DNA from: Octopus vulgaris
Lineage: Eukaryota
Direction: 5' to 3'
Assembly: GCA_951406725.2 (NCBI GenBank)
Contig: OX597814.1
Coordinates: 1,736,001 to 1,800,000 of the forward strand
DNA length: 64,000 nucleotides
The number at the start of each line of letters is the position of its first letter. Positions within the stretch are counted from its first letter, which is position 1. Under the pieces are notes generated by a model. It worked only from the letters and a program-made list of their open reading frames with translations, searched no databases and was not told the origin of the DNA. Positions 14,117 to 26,624 of the stretch are shown here, one piece after another. A program made the position numbers and the translations under genes.

Positions 14117-14233
14117 AGGTGGAAGGTGTATCAGCCGAAACTTGTTAACAACAAACATGATGAGGATAAATATCCGTCAAATGTAAATAATGTAAATAAT
14201 GTACATAATTCGTCATCTCTTAAAGACAGACTG
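14117..14233 (+). mobile_element. Inverted partial copy of the 3' end of the HHR-SINE, directly upstream of its head
   Basis: atcagccgaaac..tgttaacaacaaaca.gatgaggataaatatccgtcaaatgtaaataatgtaaataatgtac mirrors 13840-13935. Confidence 0.8.
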
Positions 14234-14370
14234 GGTTGTATGGAAGAGATATAAGTGCAATATTCCATAGATTAGAGTAAAAATAGGAATTATTTAAGCT
14301 TTCTGTTGCTTGATGGATTGACGTTGTTTATACTCCTGTTAGATATATTCTGTAGGAAATCCGTTAGAAT

Positions 14371-14421
<51 letters not shown>

Positions 14422-14547
14422 TGTGTGTGTGTGTGTGTGTGTGCATATCTATGAGCCACGATCGAGTTTCCCTGATGAATTTCCAAAAGAAACGCACAGA
14501 TTCTTTTCAAGCACGTGTTTTTAGTAGTAATTTGTATACATATAGCC

Positions 14548-15437
14548 GCAGGAGTGGCTGTGTGGTAAATAGCTTGCTACCTCATTGTGCATGTACGAAT
14601 TAGAGTTGTGTTTGACACCGAAGCTGTAAGACGTGTTTTTGAAGCCGTCTTAAGTTGAAGATATTTGAAACTCTGCTGTAAGGCAAAACTTTTTTCTGTC
14701 TGGTGGGGACCTGTTGTTTAGTGCAATTATTTTTTCAAAACAAGAAGTCCTCATTGGATCCTAGTCTGCCTGAGGCCGAGTGAAAATTTTTTGTTCACTT
14801 AATTGTGAAAATTATTGGTTTGGTGGGCGTATCCTGCCGCAAAATTTTGTTGGAAAATAGTTTGTCCAGGAATAACTCCGTGGGAATTTTTAGAAAAATT
14901 TCAACAATATTGTTCCTGTCAAGGAGTACCTATGAGAAGAAAATTGGAATGATTTTTTAACTGTTTAACAATTGCGTTAAAATTTTGGCCTGGAGTACCG
15001 AGTGGCCTTTGCTGTGTTTTGAACTGTTGCTCTCTCTTCATCTATCTTTTATTTTTTAAAAAATACTCTTTATTGAACTGTTAATTTTTTTTCTCTCCTT
15101 CCTTTTTGTTTGGACTTTTTTCTCTTCCTTCTTTTTCCTTAATTATTTTGTACTTTAAGAACTATATTTTTGGACATTTTTTATTTAAAAAAAACATGGC
15201 AAATAACAATGGAAAGTTGGTGAAGTGGGAAATTACAACACATGGCAAATCTTAATGAAATAATATAGCTTGCTTGCCAAGCACATAGTTCCATGTTCAG
15301 TCCCACTGCGTGGCACCTTGGGCAAGTGTATTCTACTATAGCCTCTGCCCGACCAAAGCCTTGTGAGTGAATTTGGTAAACTGAAAGAAGCCCGTCACAT
15401 ATATATATGTATATATATATATATGTGTGTGCATGTC

Positions 15438-15476
<39 letters not shown>

Positions 15477-15540
15477 CTGTGTTTGTCTCCTAACATCGCT
15501 TGAAACCGATGTTGGTGTGTTTACGTCCTCGTAACTTAAA
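14548..15540 (+). mobile_element. SINE family A split by a ~686-bp unclassified insert
   Basis: Head stops at 14578 and resumes at 15265; atagcttgct is duplicated at 14569-14578 and 15265-15274. Confidence 0.75.
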
Positions 15541-15544
15541 CACG

Positions 15545-17650
15545 TAACTTGGGCACGTATGGCTTGTAGTCCTAACTTCGGATAAATTCTGAAACTAATC
15601 TTGAGGTCGTTTGGGCGATGCTGGCGTTATATTCTCCACATTGTGAAAATGATGTATCACTTACGGCGGCGGTGGAGAGAATAGGGCTTCAATGCTTTAA
15701 GGTGGTCCCAATAATCGAGATCAGTTATGCCCTTAATTCTTTAAATGAATGCCGTCTGGGGTGATTCATTTTTCGCCATGTCTCGTTTTGTGTGGGAAGA
15801 CCATAGGGGCAAGACTATTTTAGGTTTGGCCGTACAAAGGAGGAGAAAAGAGGAATGATATCACCTTGTTCTCTGGACCGCAAGGTTCTTAGGATCCAGC
15901 AGCTCATCATATTAACCATATAAACTTTATTGTTGATGTGGGCACTGCAGCTAAGATTGTTGTCAACAATTAGTTCTAGATCTCTGATATTATTAGATGC
16001 TGTGAGTGGTTCCCCCGAAGGAAGAGAATATGGTCTTCCTAGCATAGTTTTTTTTCTCAAAATTGCATCAGTTCAAAATTTCCCTCGTTTAGTTGCATTT
16101 TGTTTTTATTTGCTCATTGACTTACAGCATGTAGATCAGACTGGAGTTCAGTTTCGTTTTCTTCTCCGTTGATAATTTTCCGGAGCTTGGAATCATCGAC
16201 GAATATTTTCACTTTGCTGTGTTTTATGACGCTGGAAAGGTCGTTTATATAGTGTATAAAGAGAAGCGGGTCCAGATTAGTCCCCTGAGGGTGACGTTTG
16301 CTGGGATTGAGTGGATTCCACCAATCACATGTTGTGTTCTGTTCTTTAGGAAATACTCAATCCAGTGTAAAAGATTTCCAAGGATTCCAACATTTGACAA
16401 TTTTGACAGTAGGACAACTCAGTATGGTCAACTCTGTCGAACCCTTAACTGAAGTCAAGATATATGACATCAGAGTTCGAACCTGATCCCAAGGCATTAA
16501 GAACACCATCGATGTGGTGTAAGAGCTGTGTTAGACAGTTCCTGCCTCAGCGGAAGCCATGCTGGTTTGAATTTAGGAGATGGTGGCTCTCCAGGAAGCC
16601 AGCCATCCTTGATCTCACCACACTTTCAAATACTTTCATGATATGGAAGGTGAGTGAGATTGGGCGATAGTTGACTGCGAGGGATCTGTTTCCTTGTTTG
16701 AAATCCGGGATGACAGACTGCAGTAAGAGCTGTTTCAATATATAACCTGAGTCTAAAGAATTTCTCCACAGGTTGGTCAGAGGGATTGCAAGTTGGTGTC
16801 TACATTCCTTCAGGAAACCAGCGGGGAATCTACCAGGGCCAACAACAGAATAGTATTTGATCTCATTTATTGCTACTATGATGTCTGAGGCAGTGAAGGT
16901 TATGTTCGAGATTTTATGTTGGGAATCAACTTCGTCAATATCAGTGGGATCACTAAAGACAGAGCAGTATTATTTCTGCAGTACTTCTACCATTTCTTTA
17001 GTATCATGTTGGAGAATGCTGTTATTATCGATCAATGGATCAACGGGTGAGACAACGGTCCTATATTTATTTGCATGTGAATAGAACACTTTTAGGTTCT
17101 GTTTGATTTTCTTTTGGTTACCTACTTTTCAGGTTTTCATGTTGGTCTGCAAATGAAGTTTTTTCCAACTGAAGCCTTTTCATTGTTGTTGAATGTGGAT
17201 ACTGTTTGTCGGAGTATTTTCATTGGTTGATTTTTATTGTCTTTTGATGCTTCTGATGAAGGTTTTTTTTTCTCACTAGGGAGCCTGTTTCTGTTCGTGC
17301 TTGTGAATTTCGTAGGAGAGAGTTTTAAGCCTGTATAGGTAACAATGTCCTCACAGCGCTGCCGTGTGATTTCTATGTCAGTGGAACTGTGAGTGAAGTA
17401 CCCAGTCGATAAAGAACAGATCCTTTCTGATTGTTCCCCAGTCTGCTTTGTGAAAATTTATATTGTCAAATAGGTGCAAAGGAGTGGAAGTGACTAGTTT
17501 GGGTTTGGTATGCCAGAAATTAAAGCTGTAGAGAATCATGCCGTGGTCCTAGGGGAGAGTCTTTTCGGCTAAAATGCTATGGATGGAACCAGAGTGGCTT
17601 GTTAATATCAGATCCAGGATCGTTCTATTTTGTCTTGTTGGTTCAACGGA
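15545..17650 (-). mobile_element. Decayed CR1/L2-group LINE ORF2 (APE C-terminus through reverse transcriptase)
   Basis: [16 protein letters not shown]...DH near 17640-17545; NYRPISLTFHIMKVFE...LLNSNQHGFR at 16547-16675; IRDLELIVDNNLS...SFVRPNL at 15815-16000; many stops and frameshifts. Confidence 0.9.
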
Positions 17651-17733
17651 CTTGTGTTATATATGTATATATATAAAATGCATACATATGTACAGCTGTG
17701 TGTGTTAAACATATCTTTAGATTGTACACACGT

Positions 17734-17779
<46 letters not shown>

Positions 17780-18537
17780 GTATGTATATAAATATATATG
17801 CATATACATTCATACAAGCATATAAATGTATATCTTTGTATGTGTGTGTTTTATATTAGTATGTATTAATAAATATAAATTATATATATATGTATATATA
17901 CATACATGCATACACACATATATCTATATCTACATAAGACATACATACATATGTATACATATACATACATACACGCGCACACGCACACATATATATATAT
18001 ATACATATATATATACATATATATACATATACATATACATATAGATATGTACATATCTACACACATACATATCTATATGGATTACATTCTTCTTTGTTAT
18101 ATTTCTTTGTCTTTTCTAAATCCCCAACCAACATTTAAAGAAGTCTTCTTAATTCCATCTATTTCTCTCTCTCTCTCTCCTCCCCTCCCCCTCTCTCTCT
18201 TCTCCTTCTTACAATTATAACACGATAACATAATATAACTTATAGATGTGGAAGTTCTAGAAATTTAAAAATTTTTAATTTTAAGCTGATCTTTGTATAT
18301 ATATATATATGAGGTTCCGAATTCCTTGTTATCTCTCTCTCTCTCTCTCTCTCTTTTTCGCGTTCTCTTTTGCCTTTGGTGTTAAGAGAAATCTCCATCG
18401 TTTTGGTTTTTGTTTCACCGCTTTGCGCATTCTTTTATAATCTTGTCAGGAATTAACAGCTAAGATTTTCAATGTGAAATAATAACAGCAACAACGATGA
18501 TAACGACGACGACGACAACAACAACAATAATAATAAA

Positions 18538-18765
18538 GTATCAGGCACCGACTCTCATGGTTTCTGATCTTAACTGATTGGAAGTGTTATCATGAACATT
18601 GTTTCGTCTTGGGCTACAGCAAATATTCTGCTCAATACCACAGATTTGTTTTTTCAGTTGCTTGACCATAACCAGTTGAGCATGTCCCTTAGCGGCTAAC
18701 GACATGTGTATCTCTGATCACGAGCAGAAGTGCGGGAGCATCATAGCCATCTGTTGAGATGAGGT
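18538..18765 (-). mobile_element. Partial copy of the non-autonomous element at 31321-31879
   Basis: ctgatcttaactgattggaagtgttatcatg...gctacagcaaatattctgctcaataccacagatttg is shared between the two. Confidence 0.75.
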
Positions 18766-18769
18766 CTTT

Positions 18770-19120
18770 GTATCATAGATATAGCATGCCCAGCTGACAA
18801 CAAGGTATGCGATAAGGAAGAAAAATATTCGATAGATATGACAGGTTAGCTTTGGAGGTTAAGCAGTTGTGGTCGATGAACAAGGTGGCAGTAGCACCAA
18901 TAATTGTTGGTGCCCTGGGAACAGTGAGTAAAATTCTCGAGACGTACATGGAACAAAAAGGGGCTGCAATAAGGGTGGAACACTTGCAGAAAACAGCACT
19001 GCTTGTAACCGCTCGAATACCCCGGAAGGTGCTCGAAAAATAAGAGGTGTTACCTTAGTTCACTGGTAGTGAACAGCTGACACTAATACATCTCCAGCGA
19101 TAAAAGCTGTACAAAGGCAA
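18770..19120 (+). mobile_element. R4/Dong-type LINE 3' fragment (RLE domain plus 3' UTR)
   Basis: IIDIACPADNKV..EVKQLWSMNKVAVAPIIVGALGTVSK..LQKTALL; tail runs into (TAC/TAA)n; same subfamily as 55149-55645. Confidence 0.85.
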
Positions 19121-19149
19121 TACTACTACTACTACTACTAGTAATAATA

Positions 19150-19330
19150 ATTCTTTCTACGATAAGTACAAAGCTTGAAATTTGGGTGGGTGGGGGGTTT
19201 GTCGATAACATCAACCCCCACCCCCTAATACTTCAGTGGTATTTATTTTATTGGTCGCACGAGGATGTTCTTGGTGGAATTTGAACGTAAAAGCGGACGA
19301 AATGCCGCTAAGCATTGTGCTCGAAGTGAA
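19150..19330 (-). mobile_element. Degenerate SINE family B
   Basis: ggaatttgaacgtaaaagcggacgaaatgccgctaagcatt. Confidence 0.6.
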
Positions 19331-19389
19331 AAGGATTCTGCTAGTCGCCCCTTTTAATAATGGGTTCAAATTGTACAAATACATACATA

Positions 19390-19514
<125 letters not shown>

Positions 19515-19542
19515 GCATATATATATACATATAAACACACAC

Positions 19543-19575
<33 letters not shown>

Positions 19576-19621
19576 CACACACACACAAACACACACACAC
19601 ATGTATATATACATATACCTA

Positions 19622-20729
19622 CAGGGTGTAACAGGTAAATTGGGACAAATTTCAAATGGGTATATTTCTAATTGTATAGATTTTGCTGGAGTCTAAATTT
19701 TAAACATTACCAGCTTGAATAATCACTTGTACTATTTTATATTTCAGATTGAACAAACTATGGATGTTAATAAAGAATTAAACCGTAGAAGTGTATTTGC
19801 CGAATTATTCCGCGCCGGTAAATGTGCTGGGGAGATTGTTAGGGCCACAAGGTATGCCAAACCTGGTGTTTTTTGAGTTGTAACCATTTTTGAAGAAAGC
19901 AGTCAGCATGTTCAGAAAAAGCCTCACCACCTTAAATAAATCGACCCCAGGACTTATTCTTTGTAAGCCTAGTACTTATTCTGTCGGATCTTTTTTGCCG
20001 AACCGCTAAGTCACGGTAACGTAAACACACCAATATCGGTTGTCAAGCAATGTTGGGGAGACAGACACAGACACAAACAACACACACACACACACACACC
20101 AACACACACAAGCACACACAAACACACATACGTGTTATATATAGGACTGGCTTCTTTCAGTTTCCGTCTACCAAATCCACTCACAAAGCTTTGGTCGGCC
20201 CAAGGTGTCACGCAGTGGGACTGAACCCGGAGCCATGTGACTGGGAAGCAAGCTTCTTACCACACAGCCACTCTTGCAGTGTGATGCAGGTCGAGTCATG
20301 TGCGTACATGACTCTGCGCCAGCCCATTCTTCGAAAAGGGTGCAAGAATTTTTGAAGAAGGAATTGCCTATGTTTGTCCCTAAAGATAACTGACCCTCTA
20401 GCTTGCCAGGTTTGAATCCGTGTGATTTTTGGCTAAGGGACTCAGCTGAAGCAATATCCAATACAACTTCTCACAACTGTGTGTCCTCACTTAAGGCTTC
20501 GATCGAGTGAGGATTCAGTGAAATGTAAAGGAAGAAATAGTTAACGCATGCGCATCATTTCATAAACGGAATGAACTGGTAAAAAAAGCAAATGGCGGTC
20601 ACATCGAACTGAATTAAGTGCTAAACCCTTCACGGCATAAACATAAAACTTGCAGTGTTTGATTTTTCCGAATAATACCAGTTCTACTAAAGATATTTAA
20701 AATGGACCCAATTTACCGGTTGCGCTCTT
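19622..20729 (+). mobile_element. Tc1/mariner superfamily remnant, DD37D (maT) type, internally deleted
   Basis: Degenerate TIRs cagggtgtaacaggtaaattgggac / gacccaatttaccggttgcgctct with TA flanks; N-terminus MDVNKELNRRSVFAELFRAGK at 19760; HDSAPAH..*PSSLPGLNPCDFW with 37 residues between the two Asp; C-terminus ANGGHIE. Confidence 0.85.
19940..20272 (-). mobile_element. SINE family A nested in the maT remnant
   Basis: Reverse complement of family A head, CA spacer and tail. Confidence 0.85.
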
Positions 20730-21311
20730 TACATATATACACAGATGCCTGGTGCCTGTCACTGAAGAGGAGATAACTACTCTGAAATGCTGGCATCTCT
20801 CTGTCGGGGTAGGTGGCGCTGTGATCTGATCCAGGTGTATACACACCATCTGTCAACAAACGGATATATTTTCCGTGACAAAACGCAATGAGTAGCTTGT
20901 TCACCGGTTCGAATGTAGAACAAGCATATTCGGGGACACACCCGCACACACACATACACACACACGCATACACACACAACGCACACACATACATACACAC
21001 ACACTCTTATACACACCACAAACACACGCACATACATGAACACACACACATACACACACGCACACACACACACACACCACGCACACAAACAAAAATCCAT
21101 ACCACACTCGCATCCATACACACACGCCAAATTTATTTAAAAATTAAATCTGTATCACTTTTAGCTGGTGTGAGTTGTCTTAGATATCAATTGTCTTGGT
21201 AACAGTTGCCCTAGAATCATATATGTGTGTGTGAGTGTGTGTGTGTTTGTGTGTGTATATGTGTGTATGTATATATCTATATATATATATATATATATAT
21301 ATACGCCTGCT

Positions 21312-21600
21312 AAGCTAAGTTGAACTGTCTAAAGTCGTAAGACACCCGCTGTTTTTGTCCTGTTATTACTATTATTTGTCCTGTTATTACTATTGTTTTT
21401 TGTATTTATATTCGTGTGGCATCGTCCGTTTTTCTGTCCTTGTTTCGTATACATTCGATCCTTTTTCAAGAAATCTAATGCTCGTAGCTTAGTTTTCCCT
21501 TGGGGCTGGCCGGATTGGAGCGATCTCAAAATTAATCAGCCGAAATTGCGAGGATGATCCGGTTCTAAATGTTTTGCGTTCTTGTCCCAGTTTGTATTTT
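21312..21600 (+). mobile_element. Dispersed repeat family D (unclassified, TA-flanked)
   Basis: Homologous to 24690-25066(-): ttggggctggcc.gattggagc.atctcaa.attaatcagccgaaattgcgaggatgatccggttct. Confidence 0.7.
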
Positions 21601-21642
21601 TTTACATATACATATACATACATACATATATATATATATATG

Positions 21643-21838
21643 TAGGTCCCGGGTTGAGTCGGGGTTAACCACAGTAAATAAGGTACTAATACATAGCAGA
21701 GTAAATTAATTTATTTTATAGAAGGAGTTTTACAGGAAGAACTGTTTCATTCAAAAGAAATCATCAGGAAGCTTATTTCCTGATGATTTCTTTTGAATGA
21801 AACAGTTCTAGTCCTGTAGAACTCCTTCTATAAAATAA

Positions 21839-21840
<2 letters not shown>
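21643..21840. mobile_element. Fold-back repeat (62-bp arms, 6-nt loop) with HHR-like core next to the centre
   Basis: 21709-21770 is the near-perfect reverse complement of 21777-21840; right arm reads CTGATGA-tttcttttgaat-GAAA-C-agttcta-G-TC. Confidence 0.7.
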
Positions 21841-21881
<41 letters not shown>

Positions 21882-21943
21882 TTGAATAAAGTTAAAACAT
21901 GGTCTTGTTTTCACGTTTTTAATTATAGTATTAAAAATATTTT

Positions 21944-22009
<66 letters not shown>

Positions 22010-22317
22010 GTATATATATATATATATAGAGAACATTGGTGATAGAACACACATCAAATTCGAGTCAACGACTTTATATATAACCCCACACCCCAGACAT
22101 TTAATCATATATAAATATTACCATGGTTCTTAAACATATAAAAATATAGATATACATAAAAAGGTAGAAGGTAAAAATATATATGCGAATAAAATACGTA
22201 TATAGAACGGCATATGAAAATGGTAAATATAAACGGCTAAACATTCATAAAAATAAAAATGCTATAAGCGTGTCCTATAAACCCTTTTGTTTCCATATGC
22301 ATATAATATATAAGACA

Positions 22318-22481
22318 CGAAGACAGGTGGTGTCGACAACAAACAGATGTATTAGTGTAACGCTCAGGAATTGAAAAAGTCTTTAACGTTTTGAGCCTAC
22401 GCTCTTCCACAGAAAGGAACACAGGAAGAAACAAGGAGAGAAGATAAAGAATGTGTAGTGGCTAGCGATCTATCATGGTGA
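22318..22481 (-). mobile_element. Family C repeat with HHR-like motif at 22380-22417
   Basis: Minus strand: cCTTT-CTGTGGA-A-GAGCgtagGCTC-aAAA-CG-TT-AAAGa. Confidence 0.75.
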
Positions 22482-22499
22482 AAAAAACCCAGATATATA

Positions 22500-22873
22500 T
22501 TAATTTTAAGAAATGATTTCAGCAATTTCTGAAGTTTAATCGGAAACTTTACTTACTTCCAATTGAAACTGCGCTTGCGCAGTGGATTTGAAAAATTATA
22601 ATATATAAGGATGAGAACGTGTTGTTTTGTCTCTAATTTATGTGTTAATGTTTGGCGTATCCGCTGATGAGAACTTCGCCTTGAAAATTATTTTATTTGC
22701 TAATTCAAGTTCGAAACCTAAAGTCCAGCTGTAAAACATGGTAAATGTTTTAAATTCTTCATTCCCTTCGAAATTGCTCTTAACTGTGGTTTGGACTTTT
22801 TGACAGTTCCTTCCAGTATGTAAGGCGACCTGTTATGGCTCACCTCCTTTGTGTTTAAATGTACACTAATTTA
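22500..22873 (+). mobile_element. PLE pseudo-LTR-like segment with HHR-like motif at 22659-22730
   Basis: CTGATGA-GAACTT...AAGTTC-GAAA-C-ctaaa-G-TC; upstream TATA-like tatataa; 3' end shared with 10286-10386. Confidence 0.6.
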
Positions 22874-23229
22874 CATATATATAATAAAAAAAAACGTGAA
22901 CTAGATAAACAGGTGAACATATACTAAATACAGAGACGAATGGATAGCATAGAAAGTGACCAACTCCTCTTCAGTTATCGGCCAGAGGGTCAAGCGCAAT
23001 TTCGTCCATTATCGATAATATTGCTTCCACTCTGGAGGAACTGGCAAGCAAAGAGGCTAGTTCTGAAAACTCTGTAAGAGTTGATGCAGTTATTATATTG
23101 GCAAGAAATGTTTGTCGCCACTTCAACATGGCTGTTCCTTTGGAACAGATGTTACTGCGATTATTTAACCCCAAGAGGGCATTTCCTCTAGCTGGTTAAC
23201 GATGCAACCTGCATCCAACACACACACGC

Positions 23230-23299
<70 letters not shown>

Positions 23300-24047
23300 A
23301 CATATATATATATATATATAAAGAGAGAGAGGGAGAGAGCCTGAGATTGCTTGGAGATACGTGACACGTTATAAAAATCTGCCTCGCCATGTGTCTCATA
23401 TCGTCATACTGTATACATCAAATATTTATCTCTCACTGGATGGTGTAGTCTTTTTATTGAATGAATCGACCCTAATGCTTACTTTTTAAAGCTTGGTACT
23501 TATTATGTTGGCCTCTTTTGTTAAACTGCTAGGTTATGCGGAGGTAAGCACTAATACAAACACAAGGACACACAGACATATATATATATATATATATATA
23601 TACGAATTGTACAGCCATGAAACGATCGTAGTGTTTTACTCTTTATCTTTTATTAAACTTTTAATACTTTTGATATATATTTAAAATAATATAAATTAAT
23701 TAATTTTATGTATTGGCTTATGTTTTTCATTGTTTGATTTGCCTAATAGTGGTTTTATCTCATTGCCTCTTATCGACGTATGGTAAGTACCGATCTTCGA
23801 TGAAGGATTCCCTCTACAAACAACATATATAAGGTTTTTCACAGTAACCACTGTCACTGATGTAGAAACTAGTCCAAACAAACAAGGACACTGAGATGGT
23901 GTCAGTCCTTCTGGTGACGTTGGTCGCCTGGGGCTAAAAGCATCAGTAACACCCCCACCACCCCGCCCTGTCCCTAGCCACATTCAGATGGCTGATCCCC
24001 CTTACGTTGTCGAGCAGTTACTGTTTATATCTCGTTCAGAGGTTTAT

Positions 24048-24095
<48 letters not shown>

Positions 24096-24096
24096 T

Positions 24097-24158
<62 letters not shown>

Positions 24159-24400
24159 ATTGTTAAAGAGAATAACAAACATTACGGCAATGCAAACATC
24201 TTAAGTCCTTTCCAATAATAATATTAAGATGTTTGTCTTGCCCTAATATCTGTTGTTCTCTTTATCAATTATATATCTGCTGCATTGGAGATCTGCAATG
24301 GGTCCATAACTATTGCCTCGGCTATAAACTTGGAGCCTCAGTAATCCGTTACAGCACTTACATAGCGTACCTAATCGCTTAGATTACCTGCGAATTAAAA

Positions 24401-24477
<77 letters not shown>

Positions 24478-24544
24478 TACTATGCAAATATTCTTTTAAA
24501 ATACTTTTCATTTAACTTTTTCAAAATTTAATTGTTTTCCATAC

Positions 24545-24586
24545 TTACAGTTGAAAAAGTCTCAATGACCGAAAACGGTACTGAAT
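24545..24586 (+). ncRNA. Degenerate minimal hammerhead-like motif in a ~155-bp TA-flanked island
   Basis: CAG-TTGAAAA-aGTCtcaatGACc-GAAA-aCGG-TA-CTG. Confidence 0.55.
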
Positions 24587-24632
24587 TGTCTTTTATAAAA
24601 TTAATTTAGCATTTTCTACCTTGACTTTTTTT

Positions 24633-24689
<57 letters not shown>

Positions 24690-24690
<1 letters not shown>

Positions 24691-25065
24691 CAAAATGTGA
24701 CAAGCACGCAAAACATCCAAATAGACGATACAAAAAATCTGGACGGGTCATTCGAAGCCTTTAATCTTCAGTCAAGAACCGGATCATCCTCGCAATTTCG
24801 GCTGATTAATCTTGAGATTGCTCCAATCTGGCCAGCCCCAAGGTAAAATAAAGCTAAGAGCATTAGATTCCTTGGAAAAAGGATCGAATGTATACGAAAC
24901 AGGGACAGAAAAACGGACGATGTTACACGAATATAAATACAACCCCCCCCCCCAAAAAAAAAAGAAAAAATAATACGAATATAAATAAAAAAAACAATAA
25001 TAATAATAATGATAACAGGACATAACAACAGGCGTCTTTCGACTGGAGACGAATTGAATTCAGCT

Positions 25066-25066
<1 letters not shown>
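24690..25066 (-). mobile_element. Dispersed repeat family D, longer copy
   Basis: Reverse homology to 21312-21600; TA tracts on both sides. Confidence 0.7.
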
Positions 25067-25100
<34 letters not shown>

Positions 25101-25266
25101 CGTCGTGTGTAAACAAGCATAGTTTTGTTTTTGAAGTGTTGAAATGTATTCTAGAACTAGTAGAAAGATAAATTTTATTCAACGCGTAAATACTGAACAG
25201 TATATATAAACGATAAAATCCTTTTTAAAACAAGAGAAATTTGCCGGCAAATTTTTCTGCTTTTTT

Positions 25267-25349
<83 letters not shown>

Positions 25350-25959
25350 CACATATATATACGATCGCGCTTCTTTCAGTTTCCGTCCATTCATCAAGTC
25401 CACTTGACCCGAGGCTATAGTAGGAGACACTTCAATGCCACATCCTGGGGACCATATGGGTGGGAATCAAGCTTCTAACCACATAGGCACGCTGGTGGTG
25501 TCTATTTTCTTTGAAATTGTTTCAGTTCTTCTTAACGGAGTTCCAACCGGATGCTAACAAAGCGAAAATGTATGTTGAGTTAAAACAGCTTCCGGAATTT
25601 GTAAATGTGTAGGTGAGTTGGAGCGTGCACATATATGGCGGTGTGTGCCCCTGCTCTTAAGTTGTGTGTGAACATTTCTCTTTAATTTTAAGTCCGTGTA
25701 TTTTTTTCCCCTTTCTCTCGTTTTTAAGCAGAGGAAGCCATTGAAAACTTGTGCGAAGGAGATGGGAAAGTGTCCATTGCTTAGAGATATGGCCATTTTG
25801 TAATGGAATGAACTCCGCTAAAGTTACCCGAGGTATCAGGCGGTGATATCAAATTTGCTTAGGCGGGATTTAGACACGGAATTAAAAAAAGCTGGAACAA
25901 ATACCCTGTCTGATAGTCTTACAGTTCTATAGGTGCGTTTCTGTTTGTGTCTTTGCCCC

Positions 25960-26166
25960 AGCTGTTGGCCCATTTGGTGTATAAGGGAGTTTGATTCCGC
26001 TGCCCTCGTCTGCACCTCATGTCGGGCTGTTGGTTCATCCGCTATTGTGGAGAGAAAGATGTCTAGTTCCTTTTTGAAAACATTTACCTCCACCTTATGC
26101 AGATTTCTTAATTTTTGTGGTAGGGTATTGAAAGGCTGCGGGCCTTTGGACCCTAGACTATTGCAG
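25960..26166 (-). mobile_element. CR1/L2-group LINE ORF2 C-terminal fragment
   Basis: YCNSLGSKGPQPFNTLPQKLRNLHKVEVNVFKKELDIFLSTIADEP..RAAESNSLIHQ. Confidence 0.75.
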
Positions 26167-26523
<357 letters not shown>

Positions 26524-26524
26524 C

Positions 26525-26620
<96 letters not shown>

Positions 26621-26624
26621 AGGA

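Noticed and set aside
22970-23198. Frame open on both strands as a possible exon
   Set aside because: No recognisable protein, and the 3' half is a diverged relative of the 60712-60906 repeat
23850-23876. CTGATG-ta-GAAACTAGTC hammerhead-like word
   Set aside because: Lacks A9, stem II and a stem I complement
24739-24776. CTGAAGA...GAA...GTC on the minus strand of family D as a hammerhead
   Set aside because: No GAAA, and stems I and II cannot be drawn convincingly; the region is deleted in the second copy
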